This document shows positions 27,224-37,977 of a stretch of 64,000 bases of DNA, one piece after another. Numbering within the stretch: the stretch's first letter is position 1; each line of letters opens with the position of its first letter. Origin of the DNA: an uncultured Alphaproteobacteria bacterium. GTDB taxonomy: Bacteria; Pseudomonadota; Alphaproteobacteria; JAPOUT01; G958296285. Below the pieces are notes generated by a model. The model saw only the letters and a program-made list of their open reading frames with translations, was not told the origin of the DNA and did no database searches. The stretch lies in assembly GCA_958296285.1 (NCBI GenBank), contig OY282459.1:1282762-1346761 (forward strand), read 5' to 3'. The position numbers were made by a program, and so were the translations under genes.

Positions 27224-28240
27224 TCAATATTGAGACTGGTAGCGTTTCGCCAGCATCTCAATATTCTCAGGCGGCCAATCCGGAACCTCCATCCCCAGAC
27301 TCAAACCCATATTGGCGAGAACCTCTTTGATCTCGTTCAAGGATTTGCGTCCGAAATTAGGGGTGTTCAGCATCTCCATCTCGGTCTTTTGGACAAGTTC
27401 GCCGATATAGTAAATGTTGTCGTTCTTCAGACAATTCGCCGAGCGGACGGAAAGTTCCAGATCCTCCACTTTGCGAACGAGATTCGGATTGATGCCCGGC
27501 ACAGGCTGCGGCTTCTCCTCCACGGCGACCTCTTCCTCCTCAAAGGAGACGAAAGCCTGCGCTTGATCCTGCAAAATCCGCGCCGCCAGAGAAACCGCCT
27601 CTTCAGGCTGAATCGCGCCATTGGTCTCAACGTCCATCGTCAATTTGTCGTAGTCCAAGACCTGTCCGGATCGGGTGTTCTCCACCTTATAGGAGACAGT
27701 GCGGACAGGGCTGAAAAGCGCATCCACCGGAATAAGACCAATCGGCGCGACCTCCATGCTGTCGGGACGCGCCGGGACATAGCCCTTGCCGGTCTCCACC
27801 GTGAACTCTATGCGAATGGAAGAGCCTTTCTCCACAGTGCAGAGAATCTGATCAGGGTTCAGAATCGTGACATGCGCGCCCGTCTCAATATCGTCTCCGG
27901 TGACGGCGCACGGCCCCTCTTTTTCCAGCGTCATGCGGACGGGACCTTCGCTCTCAATTTTGAGGGTTAAACTTTTCACGTTCAAGATAATCTCGGTGAT
28001 GTCTTCGCGGACGCCGTCTATGGACGAGAATTCATGCAGCACGCCGTCTATCTTGACCGACGTGATCGCCGCGCCTCTGAGCGAGGAGAGCAAGATTCGC
28101 CGCATCGCGTTGCCGAGCGTATAGCCGAAGCCTCTCTCCAGAGGCTCAGCGACAACGCGCGCCGCGCGCGCCGGATCCGCGCCCGGCATGATTTCCAGCC
28201 TTGTCGGCTTTTTCAAAGCCTGCCAGTTCTTATTGAGCAC
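27224..28240 (-). CDS. rpoA: DNA-directed RNA polymerase alpha subunit
   Basis: [22 protein letters not shown] and the C-terminal domain [12 protein letters not shown]. Confidence 0.95.
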   Translation of the reverse strand: MLNKNWQALKKPTRLEIMPGADPARAARVVAEPLERGFGYTLGNAMRRILLSSLRGAAITSVKIDGVLHEFSSIDGVREDITEIILNVKSLTLKIESEGPVRMTLEKEGPCAVTGDDIETGAHVTILNPDQILCTVEKGSSIRIEFTVETGKGYVPARPDSMEVAPIGLIPVDALFSPVRTVSYKVENTRSGQVLDYDKLTMDVETNGAIQPEEAVSLAARILQDQAQAFVSFEEEEVAVEEKPQPVPGINPNLVRKVEDLELSVRSANCLKNDNIYYIGELVQKTEMEMLNTPNFGRKSLNEIKEVLANMGLSLGMEVPDWPPENIEMLAKRYQSQY

Positions 28241-28261
28241 TGCCCCACTCCTCTCCTGCGT

Positions 28262-28663
28262 TTAGCCGCGGCGCTTCTTGCGCGGACGGCATCCATTATG
28301 CGGGATCGGCGTTACGTCGCGAATGGCGGTGATCGTGAAGCCGACCGCCTGCAGCGCGCGGAGCGCCGATTCGCGTCCCGATCCCGGACCTTGGACATGA
28401 ACTTCCAGCGTTTTCATGCCATGCTCCATCGCTTTTCTGCCTGCGTTCTGCGCGGCGAGCTGCGCGGCATAAGGCGTGGATTTGCGAGACCCCTTAAAGC
28501 CGTTCTGCCCCGCCGAAGACCACGCGATCGCGTTGCCCTGCAAATCAGCGATTGTGATCAGCGTGTTGTTGAAGGTGGCATTGACATGGGCGATGCCCGT
28601 CAGAATGTTCTTGCGATCTTTGCGCTTGATCCGAGTCGCGTCTTTGGCTTCTGTTTCGCTCAT
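28262..28663 (-). CDS. rpsK: 30S ribosomal protein S11
   Basis: [18 protein letters not shown] and [12 protein letters not shown]. Trimmed from the 244-aa ORF to the ATG at 28663 (133 aa). Confidence 0.95.
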   Translation of the reverse strand: MSETEAKDATRIKRKDRKNILTGIAHVNATFNNTLITIADLQGNAIAWSSAGQNGFKGSRKSTPYAAQLAAQNAGRKAMEHGMKTLEVHVQGPGSGRESALRALQAVGFTITAIRDVTPIPHNGCRPRKKRRG

Positions 28664-28668
28664 AGGGG

Positions 28669-29040
28669 CTAGGCCTTCTTCTTGCCGGCGATGGGTCTCG
28701 CCTTTCCTTTGCGGGTTCTGGCATTGGTGTGGGTGCGCTGTCCTCGGACCGGCAGCCCGCGCCGATGCCGCAAGCCGCGATAGGTTCCCAAATCCATCAT
28801 CCGCTTGACATTCATGCCGACATCGCGCCGCAAATCGCCCTCCACGACATAATCGGCGTCTATGATCTCCCGAATGCGGATGACCTCGGCGTCTCCCAAT
28901 TTGGCGACTTTCTCCTGTTGGGAGATTCCGGCTTTGTCGCAAATTTCTCGCGCCTTCACCGGCCCAATGCCGTAAATATAGGTCAGCGACGCCCAAATCT
29001 GCTTGTCCGAAGGGATATTAACGCCCGCTATGCGCGCCAT
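28669..29040 (-). CDS. rpsM: 30S ribosomal protein S13
   Basis: [26 protein letters not shown]. Confidence 0.95.
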   Translation of the reverse strand: MARIAGVNIPSDKQIWASLTYIYGIGPVKAREICDKAGISQQEKVAKLGDAEVIRIREIIDADYVVEGDLRRDVGMNVKRMMDLGTYRGLRHRRGLPVRGQRTHTNARTRKGKARPIAGKKKA

Positions 29041-29103
29041 AGGCCTGCAAGTCTCCGTTGGTGATGACTGTTCGGTGGGGGTTTCGCGGAGGAAGCGCGG
29101 GCA

Positions 29104-29706
29104 TTATACGGACTGCGCCTCGTCCGTCAAGAGCGCGCGGCTTCGCAAAATGCTCTCTATCGCGGCGGAGACCTCGGCGATGCTCGCCATGCCGTCCAGT
29201 TTCTCCAAGAGTCCTTTCTTCTGATAATAGGAGACGAGCGGCCGCGTTTGCCTTTTATAGACTTCCAGGCGATGGCGGAAGACCTCCTCGGCGTCATCGG
29301 CGCGGACAGAGCCGCCGGCTTGACTCGCCCGCTCTGTGATCCTTTGGAAAAGCGCGTCCAAATCGCACTCAACCATGATGACGGCGTCAATCCGCCTTGT
29401 CGGATTCTTGCCTTTGAGGCGAGCCTCCAGCATCTCCGCCTGGCCGATCGTGCGGGGGAAGCCGTCCAAAATGACGCCCCCGGCGCAGTCGGGATCGTCC
29501 AAACGCTCGGCGATGAGATCGGTCACGACTTCATCGGGCAGAATGGCTCCGCGATTCATCAGCGCGCGCAGTTTCTCATCCAGCCTGTCGCCGGCGCTGC
29601 GGAGCATGTCGCCTGTCGCCAAATGCGCCAGACCATAACGCCGCGCGAAATGGGCGGCTTGCGTCCCTTTGCCGGCGCCGGGCGCGCCCAGAAAAACCAA
29701 ATTCAT
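29104..29706 (-). CDS. adk: adenylate kinase (short type, no zinc lid)
   Basis: MNLVFLGAPGAGKGTQA and GFPRTIGQAE. Confidence 0.95.
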   Translation of the reverse strand: MNLVFLGAPGAGKGTQAAHFARRYGLAHLATGDMLRSAGDRLDEKLRALMNRGAILPDEVVTDLIAERLDDPDCAGGVILDGFPRTIGQAEMLEARLKGKNPTRRIDAVIMVECDLDALFQRITERASQAGGSVRADDAEEVFRHRLEVYKRQTRPLVSYYQKKGLLEKLDGMASIAEVSAAIESILRSRALLTDEAQSV

Positions 29707-31031
29707 CGCCGACCTCCGCGCAATCGGGATTTCTTGATCAGACCCTCATATTGATGCGCCAAGAGATGACTCTGCACTTGGGCGATCGTATCCATTGTGA
29801 CGCTGACGACAATCAGAAGCGAGGTGCCTCCGAAATAAAACGGCACGCGATATTGCGAGATCAGAAACTCCGGCAGCAGGCAGACGATCGTGATATAGGC
29901 GGCGCCGACCGCCGTCAGGCGCGTCAGGACGTAATCTATATATTCGGCGGTGTTGCGCCCGGGGCGCACGCCGGGGATAAAACCCCCATATTTTCTGAGA
30001 TTGTCCGCCGTCTCGGTCGGATTCAGCACGATGGAGGTGTAGAAGAAGCAGAAAAAGATGATGCCGACCGCATAAAGAGTCATATAGAGAGGCTGGCCGG
30101 GACCGACATAGGCGGTCAGCGTGTTGAGCCAGCCGGGACCCGCCCCCGCCGTAAAACCCGCCGCCGTGAACGGAAACAGCAGAATCGCCGAGGCGAAAAT
30201 CGGCGGAATCACGCCCGCCGTGTTCAATTTCAGAGGAAGATGCGCCGCCTCTCCGCCGAAGATTCGGCGTCCGACCTGCCTCTTCGGATATTGAATCATC
30301 AGACGGCGCTGCGCCCGCTCCATATAGACGATGAAACCGATGACCGCCACGACCATCCCCAGCAGGAAAATCAGCAGAAGCGTGGAGAGCGCGCCCTGCC
30401 GTCCGAGCTCCAGCGTCCCGACCAGCGCCGACGGGAGCTCGGCGACAATCCCGGCGAAGATGATAAGAGAAATCCCGTTTCCGACCCCGCGCTGCGTGAC
30501 TTGCTCGCCGATCCACATCAGGAAGATCGTGCCTCCGATCAGCGTGATCACAGTGGAGATGCGGAAAAAGAACCCCGGCGCGATGACCACGCCCAAATTC
30601 TCCAGCAAGATGGAGATGCCATAAGCCTGCATTCCGGCGATCAGCACCGTGCCGTAGCGCGTATATTGATTGATCTGCTTTCGTCCCTGCTCGCCCTCTT
30701 TCTTCAGCTGCTCCAAATGGGGCGAGGCTGCCGTCAAAAGCTGAACGATGATGGACGCCGTGATATAGGGAATCACATTGAGCGCGAAAATCGCCATGCG
30801 TCCGATCGCGCCGCCGGCGAACATGTTGAACATGCCGACAATCCCCGATTGATTCTGCTCAAAGACGCGGGCGAGCTCGCCGGGATCAATCCCAGGCACA
30901 GGAATATACGTCCCCAGACGATAAACGATCAGCGCGCCCAGCGTGAACCATATGCGCTTTTTTAACTCTGTCGCTTTGGCGAAGGAGGCGAAATTCAGAT
31001 TCGCGGCGAGTTGCTCGGCGGCGGAAGCCAT
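29703..31031 (-). CDS. secY: preprotein translocase subunit SecY
   Basis: MASAAEQLAANLNF ... LGTYIPVPGI ... GTSLLIVVSV. Start trimmed to the ATG at 31031. The upstream Arg-rich 69 aa of the ORF is an out-of-frame read of the L15 tail. Confidence 0.95.
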   Translation of the reverse strand: MASAAEQLAANLNFASFAKATELKKRIWFTLGALIVYRLGTYIPVPGIDPGELARVFEQNQSGIVGMFNMFAGGAIGRMAIFALNVIPYITASIIVQLLTAASPHLEQLKKEGEQGRKQINQYTRYGTVLIAGMQAYGISILLENLGVVIAPGFFFRISTVITLIGGTIFLMWIGEQVTQRGVGNGISLIIFAGIVAELPSALVGTLELGRQGALSTLLLIFLLGMVVAVIGFIVYMERAQRRLMIQYPKRQVGRRIFGGEAAHLPLKLNTAGVIPPIFASAILLFPFTAAGFTAGAGPGWLNTLTAYVGPGQPLYMTLYAVGIIFFCFFYTSIVLNPTETADNLRKYGGFIPGVRPGRNTAEYIDYVLTRLTAVGAAYITIVCLLPEFLISQYRVPFYFGGTSLLIVVSVTMDTIAQVQSHLLAHQYEGLIKKSRLRGGRR

Positions 31032-31032
31032 A

Positions 31033-31623
31033 TCAGTCTTTCCCCTTCTCTTTTTTCTGCTGTTTCGGCGGCGGCGCTTTCGGCGCTTTCGCGGGCTGGA
31101 CGGCTTTGGCGGCTTTCGGCGATGGCGTCTTGGACGCGAGCGTCTTCGGCGCGCGCGTCTTTGGCGCGATAAGATGAACTTTTCCGCCCGCCGCTTCCAC
31201 CTTCTCCAGCGCTTTTTTGGAAGCGCCCGCCGCCTCAATCTTGACGGCGGCGGAGATTTCTCCCTTCGCCAAGAGCCTTATGCGCTCGCGCGGATGACGC
31301 GCCAGTCCCGCCTCTTTCAGATGCTCCGCCGTCAGTTTTTTAGAAATGTCCAGCCTTTTGGCGTCTATCGCGTCCTGAAGGCGTCCCAGATTGACAACCC
31401 GCCACAATTTGCGAAAGCGCTTATTGCCAAAACCTCTTTTCGGCAGGCGCATATGGAGAGGCGTCTGCCCGCCCTCAAACGCGCCGACCGCCGACCCCGC
31501 CCGCGACTTAAATCCCTTATGCCCGCGCCCCGATGTCTTGCCGCGACCGGATCCGATCCCGCGCCCTATGCGCCGCCGCGATTGTTTCGCGCCTTTGGGA
31601 TCGCGCAATTGGTTGAGTTTCAC
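31033..31623 (-). CDS. rplO: 50S ribosomal protein L15 with about 40-aa Lys/Pro/Ala-rich C-terminal tail
   Basis: [37 protein letters not shown]. Tail KTRAPKTLASKTPSPKAAKAVQPAKAPKAPPPKQQKKEKGKD. Confidence 0.95.
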   Translation of the reverse strand: MKLNQLRDPKGAKQSRRRIGRGIGSGRGKTSGRGHKGFKSRAGSAVGAFEGGQTPLHMRLPKRGFGNKRFRKLWRVVNLGRLQDAIDAKRLDISKKLTAEHLKEAGLARHPRERIRLLAKGEISAAVKIEAAGASKKALEKVEAAGGKVHLIAPKTRAPKTLASKTPSPKAAKAVQPAKAPKAPPPKQQKKEKGKD

Positions 31624-31922
31624 TTGGCGTCCCCTTCCACGATTCTGACCATATGAGCGACTTTGCGAATCTGTCCGCGCATTTCGGGGCAGTCGGCGAC
31701 CGCGCGGCGCTTTCCGATTCTGCCCAAGCCCAGCGCGCGGAGCGTTCTGCGCTGCGTTTGAGGACGCCGTATCGCGCTGGCATATTGCTCCACGACAAGA
31801 TGCGTCTTTTTTTCAGGCGGCTTTGTCTTGCTCGCGGGTTTTTTCACGGGCTTTTTCGCGGCGGGCTTTTTCACGACCGCTTTTTTCTTCGCGGCGGGCG
31901 TTTTTTTCTTCTCGGCGCTCAT
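31620..31922 (-). CDS. rpmD: 50S ribosomal protein L30 with about 40-aa Lys-rich N-terminal extension
   Basis: Core [34 protein letters not shown], preceded by [39 protein letters not shown]. Confidence 0.9.
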   Translation of the reverse strand: MSAEKKKTPAAKKKAVVKKPAAKKPVKKPASKTKPPEKKTHLVVEQYASAIRRPQTQRRTLRALGLGRIGKRRAVADCPEMRGQIRKVAHMVRIVEGDAK

Positions 31923-32140
31923 TTCTTCGCCTCTTTTGTCTTTTTCGCGGCTTTAGCCTTCGCATCCTTTTTGGCGGAGGCTGTCGCTTTTTTCACGGAT
32001 TTTTCCCTGCCCTTCTTCTCCGCCCCTTTTTTGGCGTCCTTCTTCTTGGCGTCTTTCTTTTTGGCGGAGGCGGGCGCGGCTTTCTTCCCCTGCGTCTTAG
32101 AGGCTTGCGTCTTAGAGGCGGGCGTCTCAGACTCAGGCGT
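31803..32140 (-). repeat. Continuous Lys/Ala-rich low-complexity coding tract across the rpsE-rpmD junction
   Basis: The S5 C-terminal tail and the L30 N-terminal extension abut each other. Contains 15-bp tandem duplications (for example 32091-32120). Confidence 0.8.
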
Positions 32141-32674
32141 CTGCTTTCCGCGCTTCATCCGAGGGCGTCCGACCAAAACATCGCTGACCTTCATGCCTCG
32201 CCGCGCCGCGACCATGCGCGGACTCGCCTGCTTCTTCAGAGCGTCAAAGACGGCGCGCACCATATTGTTCGGATTGGAACTCCCCAAAGATTTGGCGACA
32301 ATGTCCTGCGCGCCAAGAGCGTCAAAGACGGCGCGCATCGGTCCGCCGGCGATGATGCCGGTGCCGGGAGGCGCGGCGCGCAGAAGCGCCCGACCCGCCC
32401 CCGACGACCCCAAAACGTCATGATGAAGCGTCCGACCTTCGCGCAGAGGCACGCGGATCATGGAGCGCTTGGCGACTTCGGTCGCTTTGCGAATCGCTTC
32501 CGGCACTTCCCGCGCCTTGCCTCGTCCGAAGCCGACCTTCCCCCTCTGATCGCCGGCGACCACGAGCGCCGCGAAGCCGAAGCGCCGTCCGCCTTTGACA
32601 ACCTTCGCCACGCGATTGATATGAACGAGGCGATCTACGATCTCGCCTTCCGCCGCTTCCGTTCTCTTGCTCAT
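31919..32674 (-). CDS. rpsE: 30S ribosomal protein S5 with about 73-aa Lys/Ala-rich C-terminal tail
   Basis: [27 protein letters not shown]. Start trimmed to the ATG at 32674. Tail ends [17 protein letters not shown]. Confidence 0.95.
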   Translation of the reverse strand: MSKRTEAAEGEIVDRLVHINRVAKVVKGGRRFGFAALVVAGDQRGKVGFGRGKAREVPEAIRKATEVAKRSMIRVPLREGRTLHHDVLGSSGAGRALLRAAPPGTGIIAGGPMRAVFDALGAQDIVAKSLGSSNPNNMVRAVFDALKKQASPRMVAARRGMKVSDVLVGRPRMKRGKQTPESETPASKTQASKTQGKKAAPASAKKKDAKKKDAKKGAEKKGREKSVKKATASAKKDAKAKAAKKTKEAKK

Positions 32675-32690
32675 GCCGATGCCCAGCCCC

Positions 32691-33050
32691 CTAGAATTGC
32701 AGTCCGCCTTCGCGCGCCGCTTCCGCGAGCGCCCTGACGCGACCATGATACAAACAGCCGCCGCGGTCAAAGACAACCTTCTCCACGCCGATTTTCTTCG
32801 CGCGCTGGGCGAGTCTGACGCCCGTTTGTCGGGCGGCTTCGGTCGGCGCGGCTTTCGCGCCGCCCCGCGCCTCCTTGTCCAGCGAGGAGGCCGCGGCGAG
32901 CGTATGCCCTTTCTCGTCGTCTATGATCTGCGCGTGAATATGCCGTATTGACCGAAAGACCGAAAGTCTGGGTCTGCCTCTCGCGGCTTTGCGCAATTTG
33001 ATCCGCGTCCGCCGCGCGCGGCGCTCTGACGGAGACAGGACAGTCCTCAT
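32691..33050 (-). CDS. rplR: 50S ribosomal protein L18
   Basis: [20 protein letters not shown] and [26 protein letters not shown]. Confidence 0.95.
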   Translation of the reverse strand: MRTVLSPSERRARRTRIKLRKAARGRPRLSVFRSIRHIHAQIIDDEKGHTLAAASSLDKEARGGAKAAPTEAARQTGVRLAQRAKKIGVEKVVFDRGGCLYHGRVRALAEAAREGGLQF

Positions 33051-33580
33051 TTCTTCTTCCCCTCCTTGCGGATGATATATTCGCCGGCATAAGCGACTCC
33101 CTTGCCCTTATAGGGTTCGGGCTTGCGCCATGCTCGGATTTCGGCTGCCGTCTGCCCGACCTTCTGCTTGTCAATGCCGCTGACGAGAACCGCGCCGGCG
33201 CGAGGCACCGCCAACTCCACCCCGTCAGGCGCTTTATAAACGACATCATGGCTGAAGCCCAAAGCGAGTTTGAGATCCTTCCCCTGCATCTGCGCCCGAA
33301 AACCCACCCCCGAAATGACAAGCTCGCGCGAAAATCCCTCGCTGACCCCCTTGACCATATTCGCGATGCGCGATCGGTTCGTCCCCCAAAGGGCGCGGGT
33401 TTGACGATGATCGTCTTTCGGGATGACGTGGAGGGCGCGATCCTTCTCTTCCAGACGGAGAGACGCGCCGATCGTCATGGAGAGCGCGCCTTTCGGGCCT
33501 TGGATGGCGATCTGTCCGTCTCCGATCTCGGCTTTGACGCCTTCGGGAAGCGCGATCGGCTGTTTTCCTGTCCTAGACAT
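33047..33580 (-). CDS. rplF: 50S ribosomal protein L6
   Basis: [19 protein letters not shown] and EPYKGKGV. Confidence 0.95.
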   Translation of the reverse strand: MSRTGKQPIALPEGVKAEIGDGQIAIQGPKGALSMTIGASLRLEEKDRALHVIPKDDHRQTRALWGTNRSRIANMVKGVSEGFSRELVISGVGFRAQMQGKDLKLALGFSHDVVYKAPDGVELAVPRAGAVLVSGIDKQKVGQTAAEIRAWRKPEPYKGKGVAYAGEYIIRKEGKKK

Positions 33581-33600
33581 GACGCTGGCTCCTGTCTCCG

Positions 33601-33999
33601 CTAGAAGACGCGGCAGAGAATCTCGCCGCCGACATTATTCTTCCGCGCCGCGCCGTCCGACATCACTCCCTTCGGCGTGGAAAGAATGGAGATGCCGAGA
33701 TTGGCGTGAAAAACCGGAATGTCTCGGACGGAAGAATAGACTCGGCGTCCGGGCTTGGAGATTCGCTCTATCCGCCTGATGACCGGCGCGCCTTCATGAT
33801 ATTTGAGCTCTATGTGAATCTCGGCTTTTCCGCCGTCAAAATCGGCGCGGCTGTAGCCCTCAATATAGCCCTCCTTGACGAGGACGTCCAGCACGCGGGC
33901 GCGGAGCGCGGACGCCGGCGTCTTGACGAAAGACAGTCCGCGCATTTGCGCGTTGCGGATGCGGGTGAGCATGTCGCCCAAAGGATCGGTCATTGTCAT
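33601..33999 (-). CDS. rpsH: 30S ribosomal protein S8
   Basis: [15 protein letters not shown] and GGEILCRVF. Confidence 0.95.
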   Translation of the reverse strand: MTMTDPLGDMLTRIRNAQMRGLSFVKTPASALRARVLDVLVKEGYIEGYSRADFDGGKAEIHIELKYHEGAPVIRRIERISKPGRRVYSSVRDIPVFHANLGISILSTPKGVMSDGAARKNNVGGEILCRVF

Positions 34000-34011
34000 C
34001 GCGGCGTCCCC

Positions 34012-34317
34012 CTACCAGCTCGCTTTGATCATGCCCGGAATGAAGCCCTGAGACGCCAAAGCGCGGAGCTCTATTCGCGACATATCCACTTTGCGATAAT
34101 ATCCGCGCGGGCGTCCTGTCAGAGCGCATCGGTTGCGGATGCGGGTCGGCGAGGAATTGCGCGGCATTTTCGCCAAAACCAAAGACGCCTGAAAGCGCGC
34201 CGTCCCCGGCGTGGATCGGTCGTGAATGATTCTCTTCAGACGCGCGCGCTTCTCGGCATAGCGATCCGTCATGCGCTTGCGCTTCTTGTTTCGCTCAATC
34301 GCGCTTTTTTTCGCCAT
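34012..34317 (-). CDS. rpsN: 30S ribosomal protein S14
   Basis: [16 protein letters not shown] ... [16 protein letters not shown] ... GMIKASW. Trimmed to the ATG at 34317 (101 aa). Confidence 0.95.
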   Translation of the reverse strand: MAKKSAIERNKKRKRMTDRYAEKRARLKRIIHDRSTPGTARFQASLVLAKMPRNSSPTRIRNRCALTGRPRGYYRKVDMSRIELRALASQGFIPGMIKASW

Positions 34318-34346
34318 AGCGGTGTCCTCCTCTTCTTTCTTCTTTC

Positions 34347-34994
34347 TCAATGCGCCGCGAAGGGAAAGCGGAAGGCTTCCAACAGAGCCTGCGCTTCCTC
34401 GTCTTTCTTGGCGCTCGTGCAGACCGAGATGTCCATGCCCCAAATCTGATCGGCTTTGTCATAGTCAATCTCCGGAAAGACGATATGCTCGCCAATGCCG
34501 AAGGAATAATTGCCGTGTCCGTCAAAACTTTTGGGGCTGAGCCCCCGAAAGTCGCGGGCGCGAGGGAGCGCGATCGTGATCAGACGATCTATGAACTCAT
34601 ACATGCGATCGCGGCGCATCGTGACTTTCGCGCCGATCGGCTGTCCGGCGCGGAGTTTGAAACCCGCCTCCGACCGCCGCGCCCGCGTAATGACGGCGCG
34701 CTGTCCGGCGATCAGCGTCAGATCGTTCTGCGCGGCTTCCACTTTCTTGCGATCCTGCGTCCCCTGTCCAACGCCGATATTGACGACGACCTTCTCCAAT
34801 TTCGGCGCGGCGAGAGGATTGCCTCCGCCAAAGCGCTTCGCCAAATCCGGACGGATCGTCTGATAATAGGCGATTTTTAGACGCGGCGGCGTTCTCTTTT
34901 CCGCCCCGTCCGCCGCGCCCGCTTTGTCCGCCTTTTTGGGCTTGGCGGTCTTGACGGTCTTGACCGCCTTTTTGACTGTCTTCTTGTCAGCCAT
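34347..34994 (-). CDS. rplE: 50S ribosomal protein L5 with about 33-aa Lys-rich N-terminal extension
   Basis: Core [18 protein letters not shown] ... VVNIGVG. Extension [33 protein letters not shown]. Confidence 0.95.
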   Translation of the reverse strand: MADKKTVKKAVKTVKTAKPKKADKAGAADGAEKRTPPRLKIAYYQTIRPDLAKRFGGGNPLAAPKLEKVVVNIGVGQGTQDRKKVEAAQNDLTLIAGQRAVITRARRSEAGFKLRAGQPIGAKVTMRRDRMYEFIDRLITIALPRARDFRGLSPKSFDGHGNYSFGIGEHIVFPEIDYDKADQIWGMDISVCTSAKKDEEAQALLEAFRFPFAAH

Positions 34995-35319
34995 TGGGGA
35001 TCGCCTCGCCGGATTTTCTCGCGATTCGCGCCTTCGCGCCGTCTTCCATGATCTTAAACCCGACCTTTGTCGCTTTCTTCGTGGAAGGATCCATCAGCGC
35101 GATGTTGGAGATATGAATCCTAGACTCGCGCTCTTGAATGCCGCCCGGTCCCGTCTGCGATGGTCTTTGATGGCGCTTGACGATATGAACGCCCTGCACG
35201 AGCGCGCGATTCTCCCGCGCGAAGACGCCAATGACCTCGCCAATCTTGCCCTTGTCGCGCCCGGAAATGACGATCACGCGATCGCCTTTGCGGATTTTCA
35301 TCTTCGGTCGCGTCATCAC
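34987..35319 (-). CDS. rplX: 50S ribosomal protein L24
   Basis: [22 protein letters not shown]. Confidence 0.95.
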   Translation of the reverse strand: MMTRPKMKIRKGDRVIVISGRDKGKIGEVIGVFARENRALVQGVHIVKRHQRPSQTGPGGIQERESRIHISNIALMDPSTKKATKVGFKIMEDGAKARIARKSGEAIPNG

Positions 35320-35684
35320 AGCACCTCCGGGGCGAGCGAGATGATTTTCATCAGACGGCGCGCGCGGAGCTCTCGCGTGACGGGCCCGAAAATGCGCGTG
35401 CCGATCGGCTCGCCCTGATTATTGACGAGAACGGCGGCGTTGCGATCAAAGCGTATCGCGGTGCCGTCAGGGCGGCGGATGCTCGCCGCCGTCCGCACGA
35501 CAACGGCGCGCAGCAATTCGCCCTTCTTGACGCGCCCGCGCGGGATCGCGTCTTTGACCGTGATGACGACCGTGTCGCCGACAGAGGCGTAGCGCCTCTT
35601 AGAGCCGCCCAAAACCTTGATGCATTCCACGAGGCGCGCCCCGGAATTGTCGGCGACTGTCATTTCGGTCTGCATTTGGATCAC
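35316..35684 (-). CDS. rplN: 50S ribosomal protein L14
   Basis: (V)[19 protein letters not shown] start at 35684 overlaps the rpsQ stop (GTGA). Confidence 0.95.
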   Translation of the reverse strand: MIQMQTEMTVADNSGARLVECIKVLGGSKRRYASVGDTVVITVKDAIPRGRVKKGELLRAVVVRTAASIRRPDGTAIRFDRNAAVLVNNQGEPIGTRIFGPVTRELRARRLMKIISLAPEVL

Positions 35685-35932
35685 TTGGCGGCGTCCTCCT
35701 GCTCGGGCGGCAGAGTTTTCCACCGCTTCAATTTGGACAAGGGGCGCGATTCCCGTATCCGAACCCTGTCGCCGATTCGGAAGCGGTTCTCTTCGTCATG
35801 GGCGTGATATTTCTTGCCGCGCCGCAGGATTTTCTTCAGAAGCGGATCTTTGAAGATTCGCACCACGCGGACGACCACAGTCTTGTCGCTCTTGTCGCCG
35901 ACAACCACGCCGCTCAAGATTCGTTTGGGCAT
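35681..35932 (-). CDS. rpsQ: 30S ribosomal protein S17
   Basis: [23 protein letters not shown]. Confidence 0.95.
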   Translation of the reverse strand: MPKRILSGVVVGDKSDKTVVVRVVRIFKDPLLKKILRRGKKYHAHDEENRFRIGDRVRIRESRPLSKLKRWKTLPPEQEDAAK

Positions 35933-35935
35933 GGC

Positions 35936-36136
35936 TCAGCCTCCCTTCCCGACACGCTGACGGCGCTCGGTTTTCAAGCGGGCGATGTCGCGGCGGAGCG
36001 CGCGCAGCTGCGCCGTGTTCTTCAACTGCCCGGTCGCCTGCTCAAAGCGCAGATTCATCGCGTCCCGCGAGAAATTGCGGATGCGATCGCCAATCTGATC
36101 CAGCGAAAGATCTCGGACTTCCTGCGGCTTCATCAT
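35936..36136 (-). CDS. rpmC: 50S ribosomal protein L29
   Basis: MMKPQEVRDLSLDQIGDRI ... LRFEQATGQLKNTAQL. Start trimmed to 36136 (or 36133). Confidence 0.9.
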   Translation of the reverse strand: MMKPQEVRDLSLDQIGDRIRNFSRDAMNLRFEQATGQLKNTAQLRALRRDIARLKTERRQRVGKGG

Positions 36137-36144
36137 CGCTCTCC

Positions 36145-36564
36145 TTAGAGATTCTCGCTCTCGCGGCTGACATGGCGGCATGGGATCGGCAGTTTCGCCG
36201 CGCCCCGCCTCAGCGCCTCATAGGCGAGAGTTTCCGAGACGCCATCCACCTCAAACATGACGCGGCCGGGCTTCACCCGCGCCGCCCAATACTCCACCTG
36301 TCCCTTGCCCTTGCCCATGCGAACCTCTGTCGGCTTCGCCGAGACCGGGAGATCAGGGAAAATGCGAATCCAGACGCGCCCCGCCCGCTTCATATGCCGC
36401 GTGATCGCCCGCCGCGCCGCCTCAATCTGCCGAGACGTCACCCGCGCCGGGCGGGTCGCCTTGATCCCGTGCGATCCGAAATTCAGCCTCGTTCCGGTCT
36501 GCGCGCGCCCATGGATGCGCCCCTTATGCGCCTTGCGATATTTGGTCTTTTTCGGCTGCAGCAT
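36145..36564 (-). CDS. rplP: 50S ribosomal protein L16
   Basis: [19 protein letters not shown]. Confidence 0.95.
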   Translation of the reverse strand: MLQPKKTKYRKAHKGRIHGRAQTGTRLNFGSHGIKATRPARVTSRQIEAARRAITRHMKRAGRVWIRIFPDLPVSAKPTEVRMGKGKGQVEYWAARVKPGRVMFEVDGVSETLAYEALRRGAAKLPIPCRHVSRESENL

Positions 36565-36566
36565 GA

Positions 36567-37280
36567 TTACCCCTCCGTCGAAGCGATCCGCGAGGTGGAT
36601 CGCATATGCTCATGGGGGGCGGTGTTGCGTCTGTCCTGCGCCATCGGATCATGCTCCATGATCTCGCCGTGGAAGACCCAAACCTTAATGCCGCAGACGC
36701 CATAGGTCGTGAAGGCTTCGGCGCGGGCGTAATCCACATCGGCGCGCAGAGTATGAAGAGGGACGCGCCCTTCCAAATACCATTCCGTCCGAGCGATCTC
36801 CGCGCCGCCGAGCCTCCCTGTGCAGCTGACGCGAATGCCTTGCGCGCCCATCCGCATCGCCAGCTGAACGGCGCGCTTCATCGTGCGGCGGAAGGCGGCG
36901 CGGCGCTCCAGCTGCTGCGCGATGCCCTCGGCGATCAGACAGGCATTGGTTTCAGGCTTGCGAACCTCAACGATGTTAATCTCCACGCGCAAGCCGATCA
37001 TCTTCGTCAGCTCTTCCGCCATCTTGCCGATATCCGCGCCTTTCTTCCCAATGACCACGCCGGGACGCGCCGTGTGAATCAGAACCTTGCAGCGCCGATG
37101 CGGACGCTCTATCAGAATCCGCGAGATCGCCGCCTGCTGAAAACGCTTCTGAAGATGATCCCGAATCTTCAAATCCTGATGCAGCAGTTCCGAATAATTG
37201 CCGTCCGCGGCGAACCAGCGCGAATCCCAAGTGCGGTTGATTCCGAGACGCATGGAGATCGGATTGACTTTCTGTCCCAT
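36567..37280 (-). CDS. rpsC: 30S ribosomal protein S3
   Basis: [24 protein letters not shown]. Confidence 0.95.
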   Translation of the reverse strand: MGQKVNPISMRLGINRTWDSRWFAADGNYSELLHQDLKIRDHLQKRFQQAAISRILIERPHRRCKVLIHTARPGVVIGKKGADIGKMAEELTKMIGLRVEINIVEVRKPETNACLIAEGIAQQLERRAAFRRTMKRAVQLAMRMGAQGIRVSCTGRLGGAEIARTEWYLEGRVPLHTLRADVDYARAEAFTTYGVCGIKVWVFHGEIMEHDPMAQDRRNTAPHEHMRSTSRIASTEG

Positions 37281-37282
37281 GG

Positions 37283-37693
37283 TCAGCCCCCCTCCGCTTT
37301 CGCTTCGGCTTCCGCTTCTCGCGCTCTTTCGCGCAAGATAATCGTGATCTGGCTGAACGGCTTCAAAATGCGCCCGACCCGTCCGCGCGCTCTAGGACGC
37401 CATCTCTTCATGACGAGGTTTTTCCCGACATGCGCCTCAGCGACAAAAAGCGCGTCTATGTCCAAATTGTGATTGTTCTCGGCATTGGCGATCGCCGAAG
37501 CCAAAACCTTGCGGACGTCTTTCGCGACCCCCTTGCGCGAGAAAGCGAGAAGGTTCATCGCCGCGCCGGCTTCCTTCCCGCGAATGCCCCGCGCGACCGC
37601 ATTGAGTTTGATCGGACTCACCCTGATGGATCGCCCGACCGCTTGGGCTTCGGTATCGGGGAGGCGTCTTGGCTTGGCGGGCTTTCCCATCAC
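37283..37693 (-). CDS. rplV: 50S ribosomal protein L22
   Basis: [18 protein letters not shown] and [24 protein letters not shown]. Confidence 0.95.
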   Translation of the reverse strand: MMGKPAKPRRLPDTEAQAVGRSIRVSPIKLNAVARGIRGKEAGAAMNLLAFSRKGVAKDVRKVLASAIANAENNHNLDIDALFVAEAHVGKNLVMKRWRPRARGRVGRILKPFSQITIILRERAREAEAEAKAEGG

Positions 37694-37965
37694 TTGCGCC
37701 CTTTCTTGTCGGCGAGATGGCCGTGATAGGTTCGGGTCGGCGCGAATTCGCCGAATTTATGCCCGACCATGTCCTCCGTGATCAGCACCGGAATATGCTT
37801 CCGCCCATTGTGAATCCCGAAAGTGAGACCGACAAATTGCGGCAGGATCGTGGAGCGGCGGCTCCACATCTTGATGACGCTCTTGCGTCCGTCCTTATGG
37901 GCGGCTTCGGCTTTCTTCAGGAGATAGCCATCCACGAAGGGTCCTTTCCAAACGGATCGCGCCAT
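37690..37965 (-). CDS. rpsS: 30S ribosomal protein S19
   Basis: [18 protein letters not shown] and [12 protein letters not shown]. Confidence 0.95.
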   Translation of the reverse strand: MARSVWKGPFVDGYLLKKAEAAHKDGRKSVIKMWSRRSTILPQFVGLTFGIHNGRKHIPVLITEDMVGHKFGEFAPTRTYHGHLADKKGRK

Positions 37966-37977
37966 GAGCTGAGCCTC

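Noticed and set aside
31032-31238. Arg/Lys-rich 69-aa N-terminal extension of the SecY ORF. Similar upstream extensions occur on the ORF-track calls for S11, S5, S14, L14, L29, S10, S12, NusG, PccB, KdsA, PpiD, TrpG and DUF1489.
   Set aside because: The canonical protein N-termini begin at internal ATG or GTG codons placed just after the preceding gene's stop. The extensions overlap upstream genes out of frame, and the SecY extension is simply the L15 tail read in another frame.
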